From Chitinophagaceae bacterium (GTDB lineage Bacteria; Bacteroidota; Bacteroidia; Chitinophagales; JADJOU01): DNA of 64,000 nt. The notes under the pieces are model-generated. The model was given only the letters and a program-made list of their open reading frames with translations. It was not told the DNA's origin and searched no databases. Below are positions 38,575 through 47,767 of this stretch, in pieces. Positions within the stretch are counted from its first letter, which is position 1. Every line of letters starts with the position of its first letter. Location of the stretch: the NCBI GenBank assembly GCA_017495115.1, contig JAFEIJ010000030.1, forward strand, positions 1,709 through 65,708, given 5' to 3'. Made by a program: the position numbers and the translations under genes.

Positions 38575-39591
38575 TTATAACGATGGACAACCAATTCTTC
38601 TAGTATTGCGTCCAAAGCATCCAAAGTAGTTAATACTAATTTCTGGCGAACCTATGGAACCTTGGCTGTTTGCTACGCCACCTGTGTGGAGGTCATAGCT
38701 GAACACAAAGCTAAATTGAGCTAAGTCAATACGAGCTGCCGCTGCGATGGCATCATTACTTTTATACCAAAGCCCTAAATATCCTATTATAGGAGATGCG
38801 GTTTCGGTTTCAGGAGCTAATGTAGTACCGATATAAGTACCCGCATTCCAATTCATAACTTGTTGAAATTGAAAAAATGCAGAAGGAAGAATTACTAAAT
38901 TGCCTAAATATTTTTGGGCTCCTGCATGAACATTAAGCCTTGTAGGTAATTTAAAATTTTGATTTGTTAGCGAAATATTAGGTTGAGTTAAATGAAATAC
39001 TGAAACTCCACCGTAAATATTTAAAGTTGGATCTGGATTTGTTGTTACCATTGCTCCAAAATTCATATCTGGATACAAAATAGATTCGTTTAAAAAGTTT
39101 TCGCCAGAAGGTAAAACGGGTTTTCCATAATTGTCTATACTATTTGCAAAAATATATTTCCCATCACCAAGCGTTCTTTGAGCTAAGCCACCTTGTAAAC
39201 CGAATGAAAGGAAACTATTAGCATCTTTACCAAATCTAAGGTGATAAGCAAGACTTAATAATAACGAATGGTTTGAAAATGTGTTTGTTGGTGTTTTGTC
39301 GTAATTTGCCAAAATACCAAAACCCCATAAATTATTTAATTCATTTGAATTTCTGCCTAAATTAAAATCTGCACCAATGGAAGCCGATTGATACGCTTTA
39401 AAATCTTTGGAACCCATCCATTGATTTCGATAAATCGTTGAAACTCTATAATTACAATAACTGTTTCCTGTAAATGCAGGATTTAATGCTAATGGCATCG
39501 AGTTGAACTGGGAATATTGCAAATCTTGACCATTCATCAAAACAACAGATGAAAACCAAACGATCAGCGTAAATAAAAATTTATTTTTCAT
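38575..39591 (-). CDS. PorP/SprF-family type IX secretion system membrane protein
   Basis: 338 aa. Signal peptide, then QDLQYSQFNSMPLALNPAFTG, the characteristic PorP/SprF N-terminal motif. Beta-strand-like remainder. Lies 19 nt after a type-B-CTD gene. Confidence 0.85.
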   Translation of the reverse strand: MKNKFLFTLIVWFSSVVLMNGQDLQYSQFNSMPLALNPAFTGNSYCNYRVSTIYRNQWMGSKDFKAYQSASIGADFNLGRNSNELNNLWGFGILANYDKTPTNTFSNHSLLLSLAYHLRFGKDANSFLSFGLQGGLAQRTLGDGKYIFANSIDNYGKPVLPSGENFLNESILYPDMNFGAMVTTNPDPTLNIYGGVSVFHLTQPNISLTNQNFKLPTRLNVHAGAQKYLGNLVILPSAFFQFQQVMNWNAGTYIGTTLAPETETASPIIGYLGLWYKSNDAIAAAARIDLAQFSFVFSYDLHTGGVANSQGSIGSPEISINYFGCFGRNTRRIGCPSL

Positions 39592-39610
39592 AATGAAAAT
39601 TATAATGGCT

Positions 39611-41263
39611 TTATCTAATTAAAGTTATTTCTCCTTGAAAATTTAATACTTGTTTATTGCTGCATTCTGCAGAAATGGTATAATAATACACGCCATGAAT
39701 TAAATCGTCGCCTGTATTAAACTCTTTACCGTTCCATCCAATGTCTTTACGATTTGGCGGAAAATTATTATTTGAATAAACTAAATTTCCCCAACGATTA
39801 TATACTTTAAAATCTAAAACATTGGTTAATGGACTTCCCATTGGATAAAAAACATCGTTTGCTTCATCACCATTCGGGGTAAAAGCAGTAGGTATTGTAA
39901 TATTATCTTTTGTACATGAAGAATCAATCAAAATGAATACAGAATCTGAAACCGAACAACTGTAGGTGCCCGTACTATAGAATAACGTAGCTTTCAAATA
40001 CTGAGAAGATACAGGAGATGCCGAAGTAGAATCGCATGTTGAGCACAAAAATACATTTTTATTAGACCAACGAATACTGTCCCAAACACCATTTGCTTTG
40101 GCGGTTACAATCGTTTTGCTTCCTAAAACCATCTCCGTAGGATTTGCATTAACTTCTAATTCCAAAGGCTTTACCACATTAATCTTGATATCTCTAAACG
40201 AAGCGGGGCAATTAGGTGTTTTCCCAAAAACACGATAGGTAATTGTATTTTTAGGTTCATATAGTATAATACTATCGCCACTGATTCTATTTCCCCAAAC
40301 AAAATTATCAAATGAAATTTGATTACTTCCACGGATGGTATATTGAATAGATTGACCAAGACAAATTGAAGTGTCTATACTAGGCGTGATATCTAATTCA
40401 GCAATAGTATCAACATTATGAAGGACTTCGTTACTCGTATCAACACAAGCCGAAATGGTGTCGGTCAAAATCAGAAATACTTTCTTTACACCTTCTTTAG
40501 TCCATTGTTTTTGAAAATCAACTGGTAATGTACTTGAAAAATCTTGTAAACTGCCATCCGAATCTACTGTTATCCATTTCCAACGGTATTGTGCAAGTAT
40601 TTTATTTGCGGTTTGGTTATTATAAAGCGTTACACTATCTCGACAAGCAAATCCATCTAAAGCAATTTTGGCTTGAGGCGGAATTGAAATCAACAATGTT
40701 TTTGTTATGGAATCTTTACATCCGTTTGCATCCTCTACAATCATTCTTGTATTATAACTTCCTGGTAGAGTATATTTTTTAACATAACTTGAATTAAAAG
40801 GATCTTGAACCACTCCATCTCCAAAACGCATGATAAAACGGGCTATTGTACCCCCGGAACCTTGAGTAGCCGTTGGCACAAAATTAATATCAATATTTGG
40901 GCAAGTAAATGTCTTATCTGTTGTAAATTGTGCCTTTGGAGGCGAAATAATACGAATGGCATTAGGGAAAATGACATCTTGGAAAGAGACATCAGAATAA
41001 ACTATTCGAAGAGATGGAATAATTGAATTACTCGAATCTTTATAGGTATAGCTCACCGAAGCATTTGAACTATTTAAAGTAACGCCATCACCATAATTCC
41101 ATTGTCTAGTAGCAACGGTTTTTCCAAGAGGAACTGCATTCGTATCCGTAAAAACAACCATATCTCCAAGACATATTCGTTCGTTAGAAATTGTAAAACC
41201 TTGACTGTATCCTAATAGGGAAAAGCCTAAGAAAAAAAATAAAACATACATTTTCATATACAA
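39611..41263 (-). CDS. T9SS type-B-CTD cargo protein with PKD-like domains
   Basis: 550 aa. Signal peptide. PKD-like WNYGDG...YTY and RFGDG. C-terminus IPTAFTPNGDEANDVFYP...VYNRWGNLVY...GVYYYTI...GEITLIR. Confidence 0.85.
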   Translation of the reverse strand: MYMKMYVLFFFLGFSLLGYSQGFTISNERICLGDMVVFTDTNAVPLGKTVATRQWNYGDGVTLNSSNASVSYTYKDSSNSIIPSLRIVYSDVSFQDVIFPNAIRIISPPKAQFTTDKTFTCPNIDINFVPTATQGSGGTIARFIMRFGDGVVQDPFNSSYVKKYTLPGSYNTRMIVEDANGCKDSITKTLLISIPPQAKIALDGFACRDSVTLYNNQTANKILAQYRWKWITVDSDGSLQDFSSTLPVDFQKQWTKEGVKKVFLILTDTISACVDTSNEVLHNVDTIAELDITPSIDTSICLGQSIQYTIRGSNQISFDNFVWGNRISGDSIILYEPKNTITYRVFGKTPNCPASFRDIKINVVKPLELEVNANPTEMVLGSKTIVTAKANGVWDSIRWSNKNVFLCSTCDSTSASPVSSQYLKATLFYSTGTYSCSVSDSVFILIDSSCTKDNITIPTAFTPNGDEANDVFYPMGSPLTNVLDFKVYNRWGNLVYSNNNFPPNRKDIGWNGKEFNTGDDLIHGVYYYTISAECSNKQVLNFQGEITLIR

Positions 41264-41270
41264 GAAATCT

Positions 41271-42275
41271 TTAGAACGTTTTTAAATTAGGGCAATCGGC
41301 TCTACTTTTATAATTTTTTTCAAATAATCCAATATAGCCAACACTTAATTCGGCAGCACCTGCTGCAGCCGAAGCTCTGTTTAAGTCATTCAAATTATAA
41401 TCATAACTAAGTCCCACCCAAAAGCCTTTGTAATCTAATCGTGCCATGGCAATAATAGCATCAAAAGAAGAATTTCCAAACCTAAAATATGGGCCTATCG
41501 AAAAACTTGATTTATCGGTTTCAAAATTTCCAAAATTTAACTGCGCTAAGCCGCCAAGGTTAATTTGTTGTTGATTTCCTTGTCGAGAGAATAAAAAAGA
41601 AGGAATTATACTTAATTTTGAATTCGCTAGGAATTTTGAAGAAATATAAGAATTTAGTCGATTGTCTAAAGTTACATCTGTATTAAAAAAAGAATTTTTC
41701 ATTGGTACTAAATGATCCGCTGAAACACCGAAAAACAAACTAAACTGATCGCTTGGCATGATGTAATAATTTAGTCCTAATCCAACATCAAAATTTGAAA
41801 TACTTCGTCTTTGAATTTCATCAATATTTCCTGATCCTGGAGGCGGTAAAAAATTTCGGCCTAAGCTTTCATGATGTAAGCCAAGATAGGTGCCAATAGA
41901 TAAATATTGTTCTATTTCGTATCCGAGTTTTTTATGAAAAGCCAAATTCAGCCTACCTAAATTTTTTGCATATAAATTTTGCGTTTCATCGCGATACATA
42001 TTGACCCCAAGACCAAAATAATCGCCACCTAATTTTTCTTTTAATAAACCAAGATCATAGCTAGCTCCAAAAGTTCTTGTAGTTGCGCCTGCTTGAATCG
42101 TTTGATTTCTAAAATTAACACTTCCTCGATAACTACCATCAAAAAAACCAGTCAATGAAGGATTTAAATAGGGCTGAGAAGCAAAATATTGACTGAAGAT
42201 AAAATCTTGAGCTGAACAAAAATTGTTAACTCCAAAAACAACAAGTAATAATATATATTTTTTAAATAAACTCAT
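41271..42275 (-). CDS. PorP/SprF-family type IX secretion system membrane protein
   Basis: 334 aa. AQDFIFSQYFASQPYLNPSLTG motif. Lies 12 nt after the upstream type-B-CTD gene. Confidence 0.85.
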   Translation of the reverse strand: MSLFKKYILLLVVFGVNNFCSAQDFIFSQYFASQPYLNPSLTGFFDGSYRGSVNFRNQTIQAGATTRTFGASYDLGLLKEKLGGDYFGLGVNMYRDETQNLYAKNLGRLNLAFHKKLGYEIEQYLSIGTYLGLHHESLGRNFLPPPGSGNIDEIQRRSISNFDVGLGLNYYIMPSDQFSLFFGVSADHLVPMKNSFFNTDVTLDNRLNSYISSKFLANSKLSIIPSFLFSRQGNQQQINLGGLAQLNFGNFETDKSSFSIGPYFRFGNSSFDAIIAMARLDYKGFWVGLSYDYNLNDLNRASAAAGAAELSVGYIGLFEKNYKSRADCPNLKTF

Positions 42276-42287
42276 TTCTAAATAGAA

Positions 42288-43835
42288 TTAACGCATTAAT
42301 AAAATCTGACCACTTTTGCTGATTTGCTTAAACTTATTATCAACCGTAGTATATGACATCACATAGTTTAAAACACTATTATTTACAACCTCTCCAGTTT
42401 TATTTTTCCCATCCCAAGAAAATGAAGGGGTATTGGCTACAAAAAGTAAATTTCCCCAACGATCAAAGATTTTAAATTCAAACTGTTCAATAATGTTGGT
42501 ATTATTTAGATATAAACTAAAATTATCATAAGAGCCATCTTGATTTGGAGAAAAGTAATCTGGCACTTGTATATCATCCACTTTTTCTACGATATCAATA
42601 TTAAATCTTGCATTAACGACACATCCCGGACCATACTTTGCTGTCATAAAATAAGTTACATCTTCTTTAGGGAAAACACGTACTCCAAAATTAGTAGCAA
42701 TTGATGATTCTTTTGGCGTCCAAATAATATCATATAATCCAAACATATCTTCAATTACAATATCTTGAACTTGACCCGAAACCATTGTGTTTTTTCCTAT
42801 TAATTTTACAACACGATCGGGGAATTCATAAATTGTTTTTCTTACCGTGTCTACGCAGCCTCCTCGGTCTCTTAATACCACCGCATAATCCCCTGCAATT
42901 AATCCAGAAACTTGTTGTTGCGTGCTTCCATTATGAAGCCATCTGTAAGTTATTGAAGCCGAATCACCTTGAACTACATCGGCTTTTAATGTTCCAAAAC
43001 CTTCATTAAAACAAATAGAATCCGTACCTGTAATTTTACCTTTAGGTAATGCAGGTTCTTTTACTTCTATATCTCGAATCCAAAAAGTATCACATTTGAG
43101 TGTATCCAAAAAATAACACGTATATTTTCCTGCAATAATAGTATCCAAAGGCATTCTATTGTTAGTAACATCTATCCATTTAAACGTATAAGGAGGATAA
43201 CCGCCTTCCATTTCAATATTGATGGATCCAATTTTTCTTCCACAGGCAGCATTTAATATCGTTAATTTTTTTAACGACATTTTACCTACTTTAGCCTTTA
43301 GCTCTAAATTCTTTGATATGATACAACCCGATCCATCTGTAACCGTTACCGCATAATTTCCAACTGGCAAATTACTGGCTGTAGCATTATTTAGTGAACT
43401 ATTATGACTCCATTTAAAGCTGATTGGTGATGTGAAATTTTTAACATCCGCAAAAATTTTTCCATCTGAAGAATTTGAACAACGAGCACTATCTGCTTTT
43501 AATTCTACTTCCATTGCGTTTGTACTTGCAGTCAAAACGATGTTAATAAATGAATCCGTACAAGCGGTGGCGCTATCACGAATAATAATTTTGTAAGTAC
43601 CTGCATCTAAGTTGTTCACGTTAATACCCGATCCAAAAACACCAGCTAAAAAACTATTTCCTTTATAAAGACTAAATGTTGCCCCTATACTACTATTTGT
43701 GATATTTGCATTAATAGAACCATTGGCACCACAAGTGGGATCCAATTTACTAATTGTTTTGGTAAACGAACACTGAGCTGTTAAAACGCTACTTGAAACT
43801 ATAAGAATCAAGAAAATATGTATTATTTTTGCCAT
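42288..43835 (-). CDS. T9SS type-B-CTD cargo protein with SprB-type repeats
   Basis: I chose the ATG at 43835 (MAKIIHIFLILIVSSSVLTAQ signal peptide) over the TTG at 43865. SprB-like units (C..S.DG.I.A.V......F.WS...AVTVTDGSGC). C-terminus VPDYFSPNQDGSYDNF...IFDRWGNLLF...GQILLMR. Confidence 0.85.
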   Translation of the reverse strand: MAKIIHIFLILIVSSSVLTAQCSFTKTISKLDPTCGANGSINANITNSSIGATFSLYKGNSFLAGVFGSGINVNNLDAGTYKIIIRDSATACTDSFINIVLTASTNAMEVELKADSARCSNSSDGKIFADVKNFTSPISFKWSHNSSLNNATASNLPVGNYAVTVTDGSGCIISKNLELKAKVGKMSLKKLTILNAACGRKIGSINIEMEGGYPPYTFKWIDVTNNRMPLDTIIAGKYTCYFLDTLKCDTFWIRDIEVKEPALPKGKITGTDSICFNEGFGTLKADVVQGDSASITYRWLHNGSTQQQVSGLIAGDYAVVLRDRGGCVDTVRKTIYEFPDRVVKLIGKNTMVSGQVQDIVIEDMFGLYDIIWTPKESSIATNFGVRVFPKEDVTYFMTAKYGPGCVVNARFNIDIVEKVDDIQVPDYFSPNQDGSYDNFSLYLNNTNIIEQFEFKIFDRWGNLLFVANTPSFSWDGKNKTGEVVNNSVLNYVMSYTTVDNKFKQISKSGQILLMR

Positions 43836-43869
43836 ACGATTTATATCTTTAGCCTTTATTTGCAACGTC

Positions 43870-43877
43870 CAAAATTA
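43870..43877 (-). promoter_or_regulatory. -7 promoter box for the cargo/PorP operon
   Basis: CAAAATTA on the plus strand equals TAATTTTG on the minus strand (TAnnTTTG). It lies 35 nt upstream of the ATG at 43835. Confidence 0.45.
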
Positions 43878-44026
43878 TAAAATATTTTCTAAATCATTTA
43901 AAAAAACATAAAAAAATATGTGAATAAATAAATTTCAAATGAAATACAATTGTTTATTTTTGTAAAATTTATAAATATTGTTCTTTTAAAGTTATAAAAA
44001 AACAATATTTAGAAAATGATGTTTTT

Positions 44027-44794
44027 ATGAAATATGGAATTTGTTTTTTATCTTGTACTACTATTTATAGCGACATGTCGGAGTATTGCACTCCTGCGGG
44101 GCAGCTACTTTTTGGTGAGACATATGAAGTCATTAATTCTAATAAGAAATTTATAGAAATCCAATGTATTAATAATTCCATCAGTGGTTATATTTTAAAA
44201 TCTCAATCTAGAATTTTAAGTCCTAAAGAGTTTAAAGTTTTACAAAATGCCCCAAAATATTATACAACCGATTCGGTTTCTACAATAATTCTTAATCATG
44301 CAATTACGTTATTGTCAATTGGGAGCACGCTTTATAATTTTGATGGATTGGTTTGCCAGTTTATGGATCAAAAAATCAATTTTAACGGGAATGCGATTTC
44401 TTCAACCCAAGTTTTACAACAACATCAAATTGAAACCTTATTGAAAAAACTAGTCAACACGCCCTATATGACTGGTGGTCAATCTATATTTGGAATGGAC
44501 CCTTTGGGATTAATTCGTTTTTACTTAAAGTATTTAGGTATTAATTCCCCTAAAAATATTGATGAAATGCTAGATATCGGTCAACATATTTCTTTGATTA
44601 AAAATGCTAAATTTGGAGATTTGGTTTTTTGGGGACAAAAAAATGTCGAGCAAGTTAGTATTTTACTCAACAACAATTGTTTAATACATTGTAATGGAAT
44701 GATAAAAATCTCAAAATATGATTATTTAGGAATCATCAATTCTGACGATAACAGTTATGAATTTTCTAAAATTATCAAAATTGTTAGACTTTAA
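44027..44794 (+). CDS. SH3b plus NlpC/P60-like protein, apparently lacking the catalytic Cys and His
   Basis: 255 aa. N-terminus GICFLSCTTIYSD...LLFGETYEVI (SH3b-like). In the NlpC/P60 region GGQSIFGMDPLGL sits where G.DCSGF is expected, and VEQVSILL where HVGIYL is expected. IHCNG is retained. Confidence 0.65.
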   Translation: MKYGICFLSCTTIYSDMSEYCTPAGQLLFGETYEVINSNKKFIEIQCINNSISGYILKSQSRILSPKEFKVLQNAPKYYTTDSVSTIILNHAITLLSIGSTLYNFDGLVCQFMDQKINFNGNAISSTQVLQQHQIETLLKKLVNTPYMTGGQSIFGMDPLGLIRFYLKYLGINSPKNIDEMLDIGQHISLIKNAKFGDLVFWGQKNVEQVSILLNNNCLIHCNGMIKISKYDYLGIINSDDNSYEFSKIIKIVRL

Positions 44795-45814
44795 ATGGGT
44801 TTATTTTATGTTTTTTTTTCTAAAATAGTATTGTTTATTTTAACGATTCGTCATTATTTATATGATAAAAATATATTCAAATCTCATAAAAGTCCTATAA
44901 AAACAATTTGTATTGGAAACTTGAATTTGGGCGGGAGTGGTAAAACGCCTTTAATCATCTATCTAGCAAAAAACTTGAGCAAAGATTACAAAATTGCTGT
45001 TCTAAGCAGAGGTTACAAAAGAAAAAGTTCAGGATTTCAAATTGTAAATAAGCAAACCGATTGGAATTTAGTTGGCGATGAACCTAAACTGATTAAAGAG
45101 ACATTACCAAATATTACCGTAGCCGTTTGTGAAAATAGATTTGAAGGATGTTTAAGTCTTCAAAAAATGGATGCCTCGATAGATTTAATTTTATTAGATG
45201 ATGCCATGCAACACCGAAGTTTAAATCCAGACTTAACAATACTATTAACTCGATTTAACAATCCTTTTTTTAAAGACGACTTGTTTCCTTTAGGAACATT
45301 AAGGGATATAAAGAATAGAGCTATAACATCTGATTTGAATATGATTACAAAATGCCCTCCAAATATTCATCAAGATACTAAAGAGTTCTATTTAAATGCC
45401 ATTGATAAATACAATTCAAGTCCGACATTTTTCTCAAGTTATACATATACTCAGATTCATAATATCTTTTCAAACAACATAGAGCCCTTGCCTAATTCAA
45501 TTATATTATTAACGGGATTGGCAAATACCTCTGAGCTAATTCATGATTTATCAGAAAAAACAAGAATCGTCAAACATTTTGAGTTTGCAGATCACTACAA
45601 CTATTCTAATGAAGACCTTAATAAAATAATCAATGAAGCTATAAATCTAAATATTTCATTTATATTAACCACGACCAAAGATGCTATCAAGTTGAGAAAC
45701 TTTCAAGCACTTTTTGAAACTCATAAAATTGCTATTGGCGCCATTCACATTGACGTTGTGATTGATGGTCAAATAATAAATGAAATTAAAAATAAACTAG
45801 ACCTAAATCAATGA
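44795..45814 (+). CDS. lpxK: Tetraacyldisaccharide 4'-kinase
   Basis: 339 aa. P-loop GNLNLGGSGKTP, SRGYKRKS, GDEP, LLDDAMQH. Confidence 0.9.
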   Translation: MGLFYVFFSKIVLFILTIRHYLYDKNIFKSHKSPIKTICIGNLNLGGSGKTPLIIYLAKNLSKDYKIAVLSRGYKRKSSGFQIVNKQTDWNLVGDEPKLIKETLPNITVAVCENRFEGCLSLQKMDASIDLILLDDAMQHRSLNPDLTILLTRFNNPFFKDDLFPLGTLRDIKNRAITSDLNMITKCPPNIHQDTKEFYLNAIDKYNSSPTFFSSYTYTQIHNIFSNNIEPLPNSIILLTGLANTSELIHDLSEKTRIVKHFEFADHYNYSNEDLNKIINEAINLNISFILTTTKDAIKLRNFQALFETHKIAIGAIHIDVVIDGQIINEIKNKLDLNQ

Positions 45815-47695
45815 TTCCCAATCTTGATACAATTTATCAAGCTGTAATTTTAGATCTTGGTATTCCGCGTAAATTTTGTTATGCGTATCCGGATTATTTA
45901 AAAATGCGTCCGTAGCCATAAATTGTTCTTTTTCTAAAATTAGATTTTCAAGCTTTTCAATTTTTTGCTCTAATTTTTTATTATTTTCAGGACTTGACTT
46001 AACCGGTTCATTTTTTTTCACAACGGATTTTGAGTTATCTGCGCTATTATTTGATGATTTTTCCGATTCAAATTGTCTAAATGAATCCACTTTCTTTTTC
46101 TCTAAAAACTCATCAATCGTACCTAAGTATTCTCTAATCCCCTCTGTTGTAAACTCATACGTTTTAGTTGTTAAACCTTGCAAAAAGTCTCGATCGTGAC
46201 TGACTACAATAAAAGTGCCTTCAAAAGATTGAATCGCTTTTTTTAATACATTTTTACTTCTAATATCCAAGTGATTGGTGGGCTCATCAAGAATTAAAAA
46301 ATTATAAGGTTGTAGCATTAATTTTGCAAGCGAAAGCCTTCCTCGCTCGCCACCACTTAAAACACGAACTTTTTTATCGACATCTTCACCACCAAACAAA
46401 AACGCTCCGAGTAAATTACGGACTTGAGTTCGCATGTCTCCAGTGGCTTCTTCATCTATGGTTTCAAAAACCGTTTTATTGTTATTTAAATCTACCGCTT
46501 GATGTTGTGCAAAATATCCTTTTAATACATTATGACCCCATTCCACATTTCCTTCATAAGAATCAATATCATTTGCGAGTATCTTAGCTAAAGTAGATTT
46601 ACCCATACCATTTTTACCTACAAATGCAATTTTATCACCTCGCTCTAATTCAAAACTAAAGCCCTTTATGATATTTTTATCTCCGTAATTCTTTATTACT
46701 TTATCCGCTTTCAAAATTAATTTACCCGAATTCGGTGCTTTTTGGAATTTAATATTCATTGTAGCATTCTCTTCAGAATCTACTTCAATGAGTTCCATTT
46801 TATCAAGCTTTTTTATTAACGACTGTGCAAAACTTGCTTTACTTGCTTTAGCTCTAAATCGGTCTATATTTCGTTCGATTTGTTTTATTTGATCCTGCTG
46901 ATTTTTAAATGCATTATTGAGCTGCTCTCGTCGCTCTTTTCTTAACTCGAGGTATTTACTATAATTTGCATTATAATCTTCGATATTTCCTAGCGTTACT
47001 TCAATGGTTCGATTTGTTACGGCATCGAGAAAAGCAATGTCGTGCGATACTAAAACAACGGCACCTTTATATTCTTTTAAAAAGTTTTCAAGCCAAAAAA
47101 TACTTTCAATATCAAGGTGATTCGTCGGCTCATCCAGCAAAATTAAATCGGGGGCTTGTAATAGAATTTTTGCTAGTTCAACCCGCATTTGCCATCCTCC
47201 ACTCAATTCTTGCATTGATTTTTTAAAATCTTCTCTTTCAAATCCTAATCCTTTTAAAACTCTCTCAATATCGGCGTCAATATTAGAAACATTGGTAAGG
47301 TTTAGTCTATTTTGAATATCTCCCAAATCTTCAATGAGTTGCATATATGCATCGGATTCATAATCGTCTCGGGTTTCAAGTTGATTTGTTATATCAAATA
47401 CTTTTTGCTCCAAAGCCAAGATTTCAGCAAACGCCGTTTTAGTTTCTTCTAAAACATTTTTATTAGAACGACTTTCAAGATCTTGACTCAATAAAGCAAT
47501 TGTAGCATAATTAGGCTTGCTGATTGTCCCAGAATCTGCCTTATAAACACCTGACAATAATTTTAAAAGTGTTGACTTTCCAGCGCCATTTCGGCCCGTT
47601 AATCCTATGCGATCTTCTCGATTTATTAAAAATGAAATATTATTTAGAAGATTTCGGCCTCCAAAATTTAATGAAATATTGTTTAGTGCTACCAT
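45803..47695 (-). CDS. ABC-F family ATPase (two ABC domains, no TM domain)
   Basis: 630 aa. Two Walker A motifs (GRNGAGKST, GKNGMGKST). Two signature motifs (LSGGWQMR, LSGGERGR). Charged coiled C-terminal tail. The 3' end overlaps lpxK by 12 nt, convergent. Confidence 0.9.
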   Translation of the reverse strand: MVALNNISLNFGGRNLLNNISFLINREDRIGLTGRNGAGKSTLLKLLSGVYKADSGTISKPNYATIALLSQDLESRSNKNVLEETKTAFAEILALEQKVFDITNQLETRDDYESDAYMQLIEDLGDIQNRLNLTNVSNIDADIERVLKGLGFEREDFKKSMQELSGGWQMRVELAKILLQAPDLILLDEPTNHLDIESIFWLENFLKEYKGAVVLVSHDIAFLDAVTNRTIEVTLGNIEDYNANYSKYLELRKERREQLNNAFKNQQDQIKQIERNIDRFRAKASKASFAQSLIKKLDKMELIEVDSEENATMNIKFQKAPNSGKLILKADKVIKNYGDKNIIKGFSFELERGDKIAFVGKNGMGKSTLAKILANDIDSYEGNVEWGHNVLKGYFAQHQAVDLNNNKTVFETIDEEATGDMRTQVRNLLGAFLFGGEDVDKKVRVLSGGERGRLSLAKLMLQPYNFLILDEPTNHLDIRSKNVLKKAIQSFEGTFIVVSHDRDFLQGLTTKTYEFTTEGIREYLGTIDEFLEKKKVDSFRQFESEKSSNNSADNSKSVVKKNEPVKSSPENNKKLEQKIEKLENLILEKEQFMATDAFLNNPDTHNKIYAEYQDLKLQLDKLYQDWESLI

Positions 47696-47732
47696 TGTAA
47701 AATTAGAAAAGGGGCAAAAATAGAATAAAAAT

Positions 47733-47766
47733 AAAAAAGGTGTTGAAATTTCAACACCTTTTTTAT
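47733..47766 (-). terminator. Rho-independent terminator after the PD40/OmpA gene
   Basis: Perfect 24-nt palindrome AAGGTGTTGAAA/TTTCAACACCTT (47737-47760) flanked by A- and T-runs. Confidence 0.75.
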
Positions 47767-47767
47767 T

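Noticed and set aside
43836-43865. A TTG-initiated 10-codon extension of the SprB-repeat cargo gene.
   Set aside because: The candidate -7 box would be only 5 nt from that start. The ATG at 43835 begins a canonical signal peptide.
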